Shown here piece after piece: positions 40,970 through 50,334 of a stretch of 57,901 nucleotides of DNA. The stretch comes from Bacteroidaceae bacterium (lineage in GTDB: Bacteria; Bacteroidota; Bacteroidia; Bacteroidales; Bacteroidaceae): the NCBI GenBank assembly GCA_017558175.1, contig JAFYWH010000136.1:1-57901 (forward strand), written 5' to 3'. The first letter of the stretch is position 1, and each line of letters opens with the position of its first letter. The notes under the pieces were generated by a model. That model was given only the letters and a program-made list of their open reading frames with translations, was not told the origin of the DNA and did not search any database. The translations under genes and the position numbers were made by a program.

Positions 40970-42211
40970 ATGAAAAAGACAATTTTCATCGGAGCATTAG
41001 CACTAGCATTGGAGGCATGTTCAATGGCTTCGCAGAAGAACGAAGCACAAGGACAGATAGACATTCAGTTCGCATTCGAGAACCCAACGGAACTGAAAGT
41101 TTCGCACTTGGGCAAGAACATCCGATATGTTCCATTGGAAACGATCGACTCATCGCTAATAGGTGAAATGTATGGCATTAAGTTATTGGACGACAAGATT
41201 TTGGTGACCAGTGCTGCCAATTGCCTTCTTTTTGATAAGCGGACTGGAAATTTTTTGTGCAAGGTTAGCGGTAAAGGGCAAGGTCCTAAAGAATATTTAA
41301 ACAGTATTTCGTATGTTCATCCACAGACGGGTGACATTTATTTCAATCGTACCCCATGGAGGATGATTAGATTCAACCAACAAGGCAAGTATTTAGACGA
41401 TTTGCAATTACCTTTCAAGTGGGACTACGGATGTTTCCTGACCTTTAAGGGTAATGAAGCCATTGTACATCGTACTCTTGGAATGAATCAAATCCATCGC
41501 TTCAACATGACAGGAGCAGCAATAGATTCCATCGCATTGCCTTCCAACCGGGAATGGGATTATGGAGACATCAAGACACCTATCATAGCAGAAGGTCCTG
41601 CCAGCTCTTTGATGGGGGCAGGAATGTTTACAACTAATGGGTTTTACATTATTCAATATAAAACAGAAAAAAGGCAAGATCTTCTTACCGTACACTACCC
41701 TTCCATTTACCTCTATAAGGACGAAATGCGTTTCCATGAAGCCTATAACGATACCATTTATCGTATAGACGGAAATACACTTGTTCCACAATGGGTATTC
41801 CACACAGGCGAATGTCATACACCGAGAGAACTGTATGGCAATGTAGAAGAAAGCAAGAAGCGTATGGTAGTAACCTACATAGCCGAAACGGAAGACCTAC
41901 TTTTCTTTGAATGCGCCAAAGAATGGTTTACTCAAAAGAAACCGGATCTCCGCTATGGCATCTATCAAAAGAAAAATGGTATAACCATGATAGGACAAAC
42001 TTACGAACGTATCACGGATGACTTGACTCAGTTCATTCCTTTCTATCCTACGACCCATTCTGTAAAAGGAGAGTTTGCTGGAACATTAAGTATCGAACAA
42101 ATTCAAAAATGGTTAGAAGAGCATCCCGATGTAAAACTGGAAGGTGCATTGGCTCCGCTTAAAAGCTTGGCAGATGATGCAAATCCAGTTGTGGTGATTG
42201 TGGAACCTTAA
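40970..42211 (+). CDS. Six-bladed beta-propeller lipoprotein 1 (DUF4934/DUF5128-like)
   Basis: Lipobox LEAC; IRYVPLET...LI, GKGQGPKEY, NDTIY and C-terminal DDANPVV. Confidence 0.82.
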   Translation: MKKTIFIGALALALEACSMASQKNEAQGQIDIQFAFENPTELKVSHLGKNIRYVPLETIDSSLIGEMYGIKLLDDKILVTSAANCLLFDKRTGNFLCKVSGKGQGPKEYLNSISYVHPQTGDIYFNRTPWRMIRFNQQGKYLDDLQLPFKWDYGCFLTFKGNEAIVHRTLGMNQIHRFNMTGAAIDSIALPSNREWDYGDIKTPIIAEGPASSLMGAGMFTTNGFYIIQYKTEKRQDLLTVHYPSIYLYKDEMRFHEAYNDTIYRIDGNTLVPQWVFHTGECHTPRELYGNVEESKKRMVVTYIAETEDLLFFECAKEWFTQKKPDLRYGIYQKKNGITMIGQTYERITDDLTQFIPFYPTTHSVKGEFAGTLSIEQIQKWLEEHPDVKLEGALAPLKSLADDANPVVVIVEP

Positions 42212-42267
42212 AAAATTAAAATGATGAACCGTATTAAATAAATTATTCACTTTTAACTTTAAAAATT

Positions 42268-42519
42268 ATGAAGCAATTGAAGAAAATGGCTCTTAAAGAA
42301 GCCGAAATTTTGACAGACAAGGAAAAGAAAATGGTATTAGGTGGTAATCTTGAAGGCGATACATGTAATGTAAGTACAACATGTGACGATGGTACTGTAT
42401 TGGCTATTTATGACTGTAAAGGTGTGTGTAGTTCACTTCCTGGTCAGTTTGTAGAATGTGTAGGACAGTCAAAGACTTTAACAAAATCATGTGGAGGAAC
42501 TGGTAATGAGGTACAATAA
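42268..42519 (+). CDS. Double-glycine leader peptide precursor 2, 6 Cys
   Basis: 26-aa leader ending EKKMVLGG; 57-aa core with 6 Cys. Confidence 0.88.
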   Translation: MKQLKKMALKEAEILTDKEKKMVLGGNLEGDTCNVSTTCDDGTVLAIYDCKGVCSSLPGQFVECVGQSKTLTKSCGGTGNEVQ

Positions 42520-43678
42520 AATACAGTTGATTACGGTATTAATATCTTTCGTGGTTACAGCATGTAACCACGAAAAAAAAATATTGTCCGACCTTATTTA
42601 TTTGAACTGTGAGAATGCAGAAAATCGGGAGGCTCCTAAACTTTCTTTGTTATTGAAGGACATACGTTATGTCGCTTTGGAAACCAAGGACACTTGTCTG
42701 TTGAACAGACCGACCAATATCACCTTGACGGACAAGTACATCGTGATGGATGGCGGACACGAGACGGAATGCTTCGTGTTCGACAAGCAGAATGGCAAAT
42801 ACGTCCGCACTATCGGCATGCGCGAGGATCCTGGACCTACAGGATATTACATGTGTACGTATCCAATCTATGTTCAAGGCGATGAAATGTATTTGAAGGT
42901 AGATTGGCTTGGCAATAAGTATAAGGTTTTTTCCTTGGATAATGGAAGCTTGTTGAGAACCATCGATGAAAAGACAGAAGGACAAAGATGGCCCAGCGAT
43001 TACCTTTATCCGCTGAACGATTCCACCATGTTGCAATATGCTAACAACAGATATGGAAACCGCAAGTATGGCTTGCAAGTATGTACTTGGTCGGGGAACA
43101 TCCTGAAGAAATTCCCTTCGCTCAACAATTTTAAGAGGAACGAAGCTTTGGATTATACTATCGCTTACCACAATGAAATGAATTTCTACAGATATAACGA
43201 GCAAGTGTATTTCCACGAGTTCACATCAGACACTATCTTCCGTTTGAACGAGTCTTTGGACGTAGAACCAGTCTATGTAGTGGGTAAGGGGGATAAGATT
43301 CCTGTGCCGGAATTGCGGAACGAAGTAGATCAAGAGACAAAGTACAAGAAACTTATTAAATTCGATTACATAATGGAAACCGACCATCACTTGTTGATGA
43401 TGGGTAATCGATGGAATGAAGTAGCCTACATTTACGACAAGCAAACTGGTGAGACCAGCCGTCTGGAAGAAGAAAATGCAACCTTTTTTAACGATTTGAA
43501 CGGATTCCTACCTTTTTGGCCTATTGGGCGTGGACGTGATGGAGCAGAGAACGAGGTATGGGCATTGATTCAACCGGACCAGTATATGGAAGGTGTAAAA
43601 GCAACGGGTGTAAATCCATTAGGATTTGATTTAAAGTTTGATGATAATCCGGTAATTGCAATAGGAACGTTAAAATAA
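42506..43678 (+). CDS. Six-bladed beta-propeller lipoprotein 2
   Basis: Lipobox VTAC; IRYVALET..CLL, FD...GKYVRTIG..PGP..Y, SDTIF and DDNPVI; ATG 42506 overlaps precursor 2 by 14 nt. Confidence 0.82.
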   Translation: MRYNKIQLITVLISFVVTACNHEKKILSDLIYLNCENAENREAPKLSLLLKDIRYVALETKDTCLLNRPTNITLTDKYIVMDGGHETECFVFDKQNGKYVRTIGMREDPGPTGYYMCTYPIYVQGDEMYLKVDWLGNKYKVFSLDNGSLLRTIDEKTEGQRWPSDYLYPLNDSTMLQYANNRYGNRKYGLQVCTWSGNILKKFPSLNNFKRNEALDYTIAYHNEMNFYRYNEQVYFHEFTSDTIFRLNESLDVEPVYVVGKGDKIPVPELRNEVDQETKYKKLIKFDYIMETDHHLLMMGNRWNEVAYIYDKQTGETSRLEEENATFFNDLNGFLPFWPIGRGRDGAENEVWALIQPDQYMEGVKATGVNPLGFDLKFDDNPVIAIGTLK

Positions 43679-43722
43679 AGTAAATGATAATCGTCAAACA
43701 TTAATGTTAAAATATAGGTTTT

Positions 43723-44925
43723 ATGAAACACTACTACCTGTTCAATAATGCCAGCCGGGCAGCACAATATGGTATCGGTACTTACCTCAACCAATTATGT
43801 AATGGATTGAAGGAAGAAGTTTCGGTAAGTATCATAGCTATTAATTCGGAGGAAGAGGAAGTAAAAAGGACAGAAGAGGACGGAGTTTGTACCATTCACA
43901 TCCCCGAAATCTCCTATAAGAATGCACCAGAGAACTTCGAACGCTATTACCGCAATCTGGTCTATCTGCTGAAAACGTATATCGACAAGAATGAAGAAGC
44001 AGTATTTGTGTTGAACTACCTATATATGACACCACTGGTAAAATTGCTTCATGAGCACTTCCCTAATTGCAAGGTAGCAACCGTTGTGCATTATTTGAAC
44101 TGGTGTTTCGCATTGAACGGTAACGTAAGCAAGTTCCATCAATTGCTAGAAAATAATCATAGGGACGAAAAGGGACAAGCCCTTTACAAAGAATACCAAA
44201 ACGACAGAAAACTGCTTCAAGAAGTAGACAAGGTTGTCTGCTTATCGCAATCTACCCGTAACTTACTGATTGCAGACTATCAATTGAAGCTAGAAAAGAC
44301 GACCGTCATTTACAATGGACTGAAAGACGAGGGAATAATGACAATCACATCGGAAGAACGGAAAAAACTGAAACAATCCTTGTCCTTTGATGCAGAGGAT
44401 TCGATAATATTGTTTGTCGGTCGGTTGGATAGTATTAAGGGAGTAGATTTCCTGATCAAAGCCTTCCGAAAAGTATTGGAAATATGTCCACATGCCCGTC
44501 TGTTATTGGCTGGTGATGGAGATTACAACGCCTATTTGAAAGAATGTAACGGCATCCGTACTCGGATTACTTTTACAGGTAAAGTAAAAAAAGAAGAACT
44601 GTACCAATATTATCAAATAGCCGATGTAGGTGTAATGCCATCCTTCCATGAGCAATGCAGCTATGTAGGCATTGAGATGATGATGCATGGTGTACCTTTA
44701 ATCGGAACCAATAGTACCGGATTGGGTGAAATGACAATGGATGAACTAAAGGTAGAATTAGATGAAAATAAAGAAGAACAACTTTCAGTAGAACTGCTTG
44801 CAAACAAGATTATAAAAGTTCTGACTTCACAACAAACAATCTGGAGAGAAGCAAGTCGCAAACGATATGAACGTTGTTATACACAAGAAAACATGAAAAA
44901 AAAATACTTGAATCTATTTACTTGA
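43723..44925 (+). CDS. GT4 glycosyltransferase, GG-Bacteroidales peptide system type (TIGR04157-like)
   Basis: N-terminal SRAAQYGIGTY signature; ILFVGRL..IKG; PSFHEQCSYVGIEMM.HG (EX7E). Confidence 0.88.
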   Translation: MKHYYLFNNASRAAQYGIGTYLNQLCNGLKEEVSVSIIAINSEEEEVKRTEEDGVCTIHIPEISYKNAPENFERYYRNLVYLLKTYIDKNEEAVFVLNYLYMTPLVKLLHEHFPNCKVATVVHYLNWCFALNGNVSKFHQLLENNHRDEKGQALYKEYQNDRKLLQEVDKVVCLSQSTRNLLIADYQLKLEKTTVIYNGLKDEGIMTITSEERKKLKQSLSFDAEDSIILFVGRLDSIKGVDFLIKAFRKVLEICPHARLLLAGDGDYNAYLKECNGIRTRITFTGKVKKEELYQYYQIADVGVMPSFHEQCSYVGIEMMMHGVPLIGTNSTGLGEMTMDELKVELDENKEEQLSVELLANKIIKVLTSQQTIWREASRKRYERCYTQENMKKKYLNLFT

Positions 44926-44938
44926 GACATAGAGAATC

Positions 44939-46489
44939 ATGAACAATATTTTGACATCATTTCTGAAAGCACTACATGTAAAATACACTTCGGCTTATGC
45001 GGAGAAACTCTATGAAGAACATCCGCATAAGTATAATCTGTATGGCCTCTCCAAAATGCTGGAAGAATATGGGATAGCTAATGCCGGCGTGCGTATAAAC
45101 GACAAAAACATACGATCATTGAAAACACCATTCATCGCGCACATCGGCAATGATTTTGTGGTAGTAAACAAAGTGACGGACAAGCAAGTCAGCTATCATT
45201 GGAGAGATAAAGAAATCAATGTAACCGAAGATCAATTCAAGAACTTGTGGAGCGGTGTGGTACTCATTGCCGAAACGGATGAAAATTCCATCGAACCGGA
45301 TTATCTGCAACATAGAAAACACTATCTTTTGAATCTTTGTCAAAACATTCTACTGGCAGCGATTCCCTTAATTGCCTTGTTGTGGATATACAGCAAGCAA
45401 GAGTTCCATATCGCTAATGCCTTTTTATTTCTACTTTATGCAATCGGTGCATTGACTAGTTTACTGCTGGTGCAGAAACAGATTTATGCACACGGACAAT
45501 ATGCTGATAAAATCTGTTCGTTGTTCAAGCAGAAGGATTGCAACAATGTATTGGAATCCGATGCAGCAAAAGTATTCGGTTGGGTTAGTTGGAGTGAAAT
45601 AGGGCTTGGCTATTTTCTTTCCAACTTATTGTTAATGGCAGTATGTCCTGCATTGATTCCTTATTTAATCCTCATCAACCTTCTTGCTCTACCTTATACG
45701 ATATGGAGTGTATGGTATCAGTATAAGGTAGTGAAGCAATGGTGTATGCTTTGCATGGTGGTACAAGGAATTTTGTGGTTGTCTGCGCTGACCGGATGCA
45801 TAGGAGGAATGATACAACTGCCTGGTTTTAATCTCATGGATATATGCAAAGTAGGAATGATTTATATATTCCCTACATTGGCGGTAAACAAAATATCTTC
45901 CTGGTTGGCTTCAGAGAAAAAAACGAGACATATCACACAAGAATTAAACAGTCTGAAGACGACAGAAGAAGTTTTCAAGGCATTGTTGGAGAAACAACCT
46001 TATCATTCCGTTGATGTTACGGATTCATGCATTCTGTTCGGAAATCCAGAAGCTCCGCTTCGTATCAGCATTCTTACCAATCCTCATTGTGAGCCATGTG
46101 CAAAAATGCATACTCGGGTTGAAAAACTGTTGCAAAAGGCTGGTGACAAACTATGTATACAATACATTTTTTCAGCATTCAACAATGACCTATTAAAAAG
46201 CAATCGTTTCTTGATTGCAGCCTATCAGAATGAATCGAGGGAAAAGGCAGAGGCTATTTATCATCGATGGTATGAAAAAGAGAAGTACCATGCGGTTTCC
46301 TATATAGAAAGTTTTGGTTATGATATTACAACCGAAACGGTAACAGAAGAATTGAAACGGCACAACGATTGGAAAGAAACAAACAAATTGTCCGCTACAC
46401 CTACTATTCTTGTGAATGGTTATCTACTTCCAGATCATTATCAGATAGAAGATATGGCAGAGTTTGTGGATTCTGCTATCAATAATTAA
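44939..46489 (+). CDS. Inactive C39-like domain + VKOR + thioredoxin/DsbA-like fusion
   Basis: C39-like N-terminus without the QxxxxDCG motif; VKOR loop CSLFKQKDCNNVL and WCMLC; Trx NPHCEPC and TPTILVNG. Confidence 0.88.
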   Translation: MNNILTSFLKALHVKYTSAYAEKLYEEHPHKYNLYGLSKMLEEYGIANAGVRINDKNIRSLKTPFIAHIGNDFVVVNKVTDKQVSYHWRDKEINVTEDQFKNLWSGVVLIAETDENSIEPDYLQHRKHYLLNLCQNILLAAIPLIALLWIYSKQEFHIANAFLFLLYAIGALTSLLLVQKQIYAHGQYADKICSLFKQKDCNNVLESDAAKVFGWVSWSEIGLGYFLSNLLLMAVCPALIPYLILINLLALPYTIWSVWYQYKVVKQWCMLCMVVQGILWLSALTGCIGGMIQLPGFNLMDICKVGMIYIFPTLAVNKISSWLASEKKTRHITQELNSLKTTEEVFKALLEKQPYHSVDVTDSCILFGNPEAPLRISILTNPHCEPCAKMHTRVEKLLQKAGDKLCIQYIFSAFNNDLLKSNRFLIAAYQNESREKAEAIYHRWYEKEKYHAVSYIESFGYDITTETVTEELKRHNDWKETNKLSATPTILVNGYLLPDHYQIEDMAEFVDSAINN

Positions 46490-46517
46490 CTATTTTATTC
46501 ATTTAAATTCTAACTTT

Positions 46518-46727
46518 ATGAAACAGAAAAAAATTGTATTAAAAGAAGGGATGAATCAGCTTCTTGATTCTGAATTGAAAGCCTTGAAAGGTGGTAGTAA
46601 AGTAATGTATACATACTGCCATTGTTACGGTCTAACAGAAGGATTGGAAGCTACAGGTTGCGACCAATGTGAAAAATTATGTAAAAATGCCGGTGGTGTC
46701 CAAAACTGTAATTATGTGATTGCATAA
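46518..46727 (+). CDS. Double-glycine leader peptide precursor 3, 6 Cys
   Basis: 26-aa leader ending ELKALKGG; 43-aa core with CxC...CxxCxxxC...C. Confidence 0.88.
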   Translation: MKQKKIVLKEGMNQLLDSELKALKGGSKVMYTYCHCYGLTEGLEATGCDQCEKLCKNAGGVQNCNYVIA

Positions 46728-46754
46728 AGCTCGCATTTTTAGTATGAGTAAAAC

Positions 46755-46782
46755 TAGTCGGTGTGTATTTGCACACCGACTA
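46755..46782 (+). other. Strong intergenic hairpin without U-tract
   Basis: TAGTCGGTGTG-TATTTG-CACACCGACTA, 11-bp perfect stem. Confidence 0.7.
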
Positions 46783-46798
46783 AATAGCATGTATAAAT

Positions 46799-48106
46799 AT
46801 GATTAATAAAGTTAAATTCTTATATTGTATAATTGCAGTCTTTGTAGGACTCGGATGCTCCGATACTAAAAAAACAGGAAATGTTGAAAATGTACAACAA
46901 GCTGTGGCAATAGAACAAACTACCCTAAAAGTAGAAATACCAAGCGAACCTAAAAAGCAGAACGAACCCAAACATAGTAAGGACAATACTCCTCAAAAAG
47001 AAGTCCAAAAGAAAAAGAACCCTGACGGCTACTATAACATTCCTTATGATAAGAAAGCACGCAATATCAAAGTGGAGGATTTGTTCAAAAACGTCAGATT
47101 TGTACGTCTAGAAACCAACGAGAACTGTCTGGTGAATGAAAATAGGAATAAAATTGAATGTAAAAATGGAATAATATACATGCAGAATGACCGTCCGTCT
47201 ATTACTGAATTCCTATTATTCAATAAAGAAGGGAAATATTTAAGAAGCATCTGCAAACAAGGGGAAGGGCCAGAAGAGTATAGTAATGCTATGAATATAG
47301 CGATTAATAGTAAGGGAGACATTTCTGTGGCAGATTGTACGGGAGCTACTGGACGAATTGTAACTTATAGTTCGGACGGGAATTTCATATCGCACATTAA
47401 ATTGCCGGGGATTGCCTCCGAAACCCCTTTAACCGACCTACTTGACATTACTTATTTGAATGACAGTGTCCTTCTAATTAAAGGTGACCGTGGATGGGTA
47501 ACAAAGAATCAGTATCAAACTTTCAATATATATACTAAAAAGGTGATTAGGAATATGCATTTGGTAAAGCGTCGTCCTTACCACATGTACTTTCCAGAGG
47601 GATTTGTCACCTATCAAAGCAAAGCAATAATAGCAAGCTATCAAAGCAATCAAATATTAGAAGCCACGGAAGATACCGTCAGAGTGAAATACACGTTCAA
47701 CATTGGTAACAAAATGCCTCCAGCAGGTTTTTGGGAAGAACAACCGTCCTATGAAGTTACCAAAAAAGAAGAGGTTTCGAACGAATATATTGGCCATATA
47801 CCATTCTTTGCAGAGAATGACCGATATATGTTCATCAGTTTTATGGGAAGCTTGGGTGTAGGAAATTTGCAAAGCCTGGCTTTGGTGGAAAAGGCGACAG
47901 GCAAGTCTAGAACGTTCAAAAGAATTGTATTGGCTGATAATATGATGATTGAACCTATAGATTTTTTCTGGCAAAGCAATGGAGAAATAATCATTCCAAT
48001 TTGGCCTCATGAGATTATAGAAAGCGAAAACAAAGAATTTCTATCCCAATTCCCTGACTTAAAAGAAGATGACAATCCTATATTGTTAATCGGAGAATTA
48101 ATATAA
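46799..48106 (+). CDS. Six-bladed beta-propeller lipoprotein 3
   Basis: Lipobox GLGC, K/Q/P-rich tether, VRFVRLETNENCLV, GKYLRSI.KQGEGPEEY and EDDNPIL. Confidence 0.82.
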   Translation: MINKVKFLYCIIAVFVGLGCSDTKKTGNVENVQQAVAIEQTTLKVEIPSEPKKQNEPKHSKDNTPQKEVQKKKNPDGYYNIPYDKKARNIKVEDLFKNVRFVRLETNENCLVNENRNKIECKNGIIYMQNDRPSITEFLLFNKEGKYLRSICKQGEGPEEYSNAMNIAINSKGDISVADCTGATGRIVTYSSDGNFISHIKLPGIASETPLTDLLDITYLNDSVLLIKGDRGWVTKNQYQTFNIYTKKVIRNMHLVKRRPYHMYFPEGFVTYQSKAIIASYQSNQILEATEDTVRVKYTFNIGNKMPPAGFWEEQPSYEVTKKEEVSNEYIGHIPFFAENDRYMFISFMGSLGVGNLQSLALVEKATGKSRTFKRIVLADNMMIEPIDFFWQSNGEIIIPIWPHEIIESENKEFLSQFPDLKEDDNPILLIGELI

Positions 48107-48125
48107 ACATTAAAGCAACCAAGGC

Positions 48126-50333
48126 ATGAAACGCTTCCCCCACTACCTCCAGCACGATGCGATGGACTGCGGTCCTACCTGCTTGCGGATGATTGCCAAA
48201 TACTACGGCAAGAACTATTCGCTACAGACACTGCGTGAACGCTCTTTCATTACCCGTGAAGGAGTGTCGATGCTCGGCATCAGCGATGCAGCGGAAAGTA
48301 TCGGGTTTCGCACCTTGGGCGTGCGTATCTCCTTAAAGCAACTACAGGAGGATATGCCCCTGCCCTGCATCTTGCACTGGAACCAGAACCACTTTGTGGT
48401 GTTGCATGACATCCGCAAGCGACGGGACGGGTATCGCTATTACATTGCCGACCCGGATTCGCAACTCATTGCCTATACCGAAACGGAGATGCGCAAGTGT
48501 TGGTTAGTGACCAAGACCGACGGCGAGGAGAAGGGGGCGGCGTTGGCATTGGAACCGTCGCCGCAGTTCTACGAGAAGAAGGACGAGACGGAGAAACATA
48601 CGGGTAAGGGATTGTTGTTCTTTGCCAAATACCTTTTCCCTTACCGGAAAGAGTTCGTGCAGTTGCTGTTGGGAATGCTGGTGGGTACATTGCTGCAACT
48701 AGTATTTCCGTTCCTTACGCAGTCGTTGGTGGATGTGGGGATTCGTGACGGAAATCTTTCGTTCATCACCTTGATATTGGTGGCTCAACTGGTGGTGTCG
48801 GTTTCGCAACTGTCAGTGGAGTTCATCCGCAGCTGGATATTGTTGCATGTGAACACACGTATCAACATTTCACTGATTTCGGACTTCCTGATCAAGCTGA
48901 TGAAACTACCTCTCCGTTTCTTCGACACGAAGATGGTGGGCGACATCATGCAGCGCATCGGCGACCATAACCGCATCGAGTCGTTCCTCACTGGCTCTTC
49001 CGTCAGTACGCTGTTCTCGTTCGTGAACTTCTTCATCTTCGGGGCGATATTGGCGTACTACAATCCGCTGATACTGGGTATCTTCTTGTTTGGGAACACG
49101 CTGTATGTGGCGTGGGTAATGGTATTCATGAAGTACCGCCGGGAGTTGGATATCCGTCGCTTCGCACAGGCATCAAGTGAGCAAAGCAGCCTGATACAAT
49201 TAGTCACGGGGATGCAGGAAATCAAGCTGAACAACTGTGAGCGGCAGAAGCGTTGGCAGTGGGAACGCATACAGGTGAAGCTGTTCCGCATCAGCGTGAA
49301 GGGAACGGCACTGGGGCAGGTACAGCAGGTAGGATCGGTATTCTTCAACCAGACTACGAACATCCTTATCTCGTTCATCGCCGCCAAGTCGGTGGTGGAA
49401 GGGCAGATGACCTTGGGGATGATGATGTCGCTCACCTACATCATCGGACAACTGAATGCACCGGTAAGTGCGTTCATCGGCTTCGCACGTCAGCTGCAGG
49501 ACGCGAAAATCAGTCTGGAGCGTCTGAACGAGATTCACGGACGGGAAGACGAGGAACAGCAGATAGAAAGCAAGCTGGCCGTACTGCCCGAACGGAAGGA
49601 CATCACGGTGAACCACCTTTCGTTCAGCTATGACGGAGCAGACCGCGACTATGTGCTGGATGACGTGTGTCTGGAGATACCGGAAAAGGAAATTACCGCC
49701 ATTGTGGGGGCAAGCGGTAGCGGAAAGACGACGCTACTGAAACTGATATTGGGATTCTATGAACCGAACAAGGGGGACATCCGCATGGGGGATACACCCA
49801 TCGGCCTCATCAATCCGCACTTATGGCGGGCGAAGAGTGGGGCGGTGATGCAGGACGGTTTCATCTTTTCGGATACGATAGCAAACAACATTGCCGTAAA
49901 CACGGACCAAATAGACATTGAGCGGTTGCGTCATGCCGTGACGGTAGCGAACATCCGGGACTTCATCGACTCGCTGCCTTTGGGCTACAATACAAAAATC
50001 GGTATGGAGGGAAACGGCATCAGTCAAGGTCAGCGACAACGGTTGCTCATTGCCAGGGCGGTGTATAAGAATCCGGAGTTCCTGTTTTTCGATGAGGCGA
50101 CAAACGCACTGGATGCCAACAACGAGAAGGAAATCATGGAGCATCTGAACGAGTTCTACCGAGGAAAGACGGTGGTGGTCGTGGCACATCGCCTGAGTAC
50201 GGTGAAGCATGCAGACAAGATTGTGGTGCTGGACAAGGGAAAGGTGGCGGAAGAAGGTACGCATCAGGAATTGACCGAACGGAAGGGATTGTATTACAAA
50301 TTGGTGAAGAACCAGTTGGAGTTGGGGAATTGA
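48126..50333 (+). CDS. Peptidase C39-containing ABC transporter (PCAT)
   Basis: QHDAMDCGPTC, HWNQNHFVV, TM domain, GASGSGKT, ISQGQRQR, FFDEATNALD and AHRLST. Confidence 0.96.
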   Translation: MKRFPHYLQHDAMDCGPTCLRMIAKYYGKNYSLQTLRERSFITREGVSMLGISDAAESIGFRTLGVRISLKQLQEDMPLPCILHWNQNHFVVLHDIRKRRDGYRYYIADPDSQLIAYTETEMRKCWLVTKTDGEEKGAALALEPSPQFYEKKDETEKHTGKGLLFFAKYLFPYRKEFVQLLLGMLVGTLLQLVFPFLTQSLVDVGIRDGNLSFITLILVAQLVVSVSQLSVEFIRSWILLHVNTRINISLISDFLIKLMKLPLRFFDTKMVGDIMQRIGDHNRIESFLTGSSVSTLFSFVNFFIFGAILAYYNPLILGIFLFGNTLYVAWVMVFMKYRRELDIRRFAQASSEQSSLIQLVTGMQEIKLNNCERQKRWQWERIQVKLFRISVKGTALGQVQQVGSVFFNQTTNILISFIAAKSVVEGQMTLGMMMSLTYIIGQLNAPVSAFIGFARQLQDAKISLERLNEIHGREDEEQQIESKLAVLPERKDITVNHLSFSYDGADRDYVLDDVCLEIPEKEITAIVGASGSGKTTLLKLILGFYEPNKGDIRMGDTPIGLINPHLWRAKSGAVMQDGFIFSDTIANNIAVNTDQIDIERLRHAVTVANIRDFIDSLPLGYNTKIGMEGNGISQGQRQRLLIARAVYKNPEFLFFDEATNALDANNEKEIMEHLNEFYRGKTVVVVAHRLSTVKHADKIVVLDKGKVAEEGTHQELTERKGLYYKLVKNQLELGN

Positions 50334-50334
50334 T

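Noticed and set aside
42573-42581. A9 tract in propeller 2 (and A9 near the GT4 3' end) as phase-variation switches
   Set aside because: Such runs are expected in AT-rich Lys codons, both frames are intact, and nothing else supports switching
38291-44925. Capsule or O-antigen locus, suggested by three GT domains
   Set aside because: No flippase, polymerase, priming transferase, UpxY or nucleotide-sugar genes; the GTs are interleaved with peptide genes, though action in trans cannot be excluded
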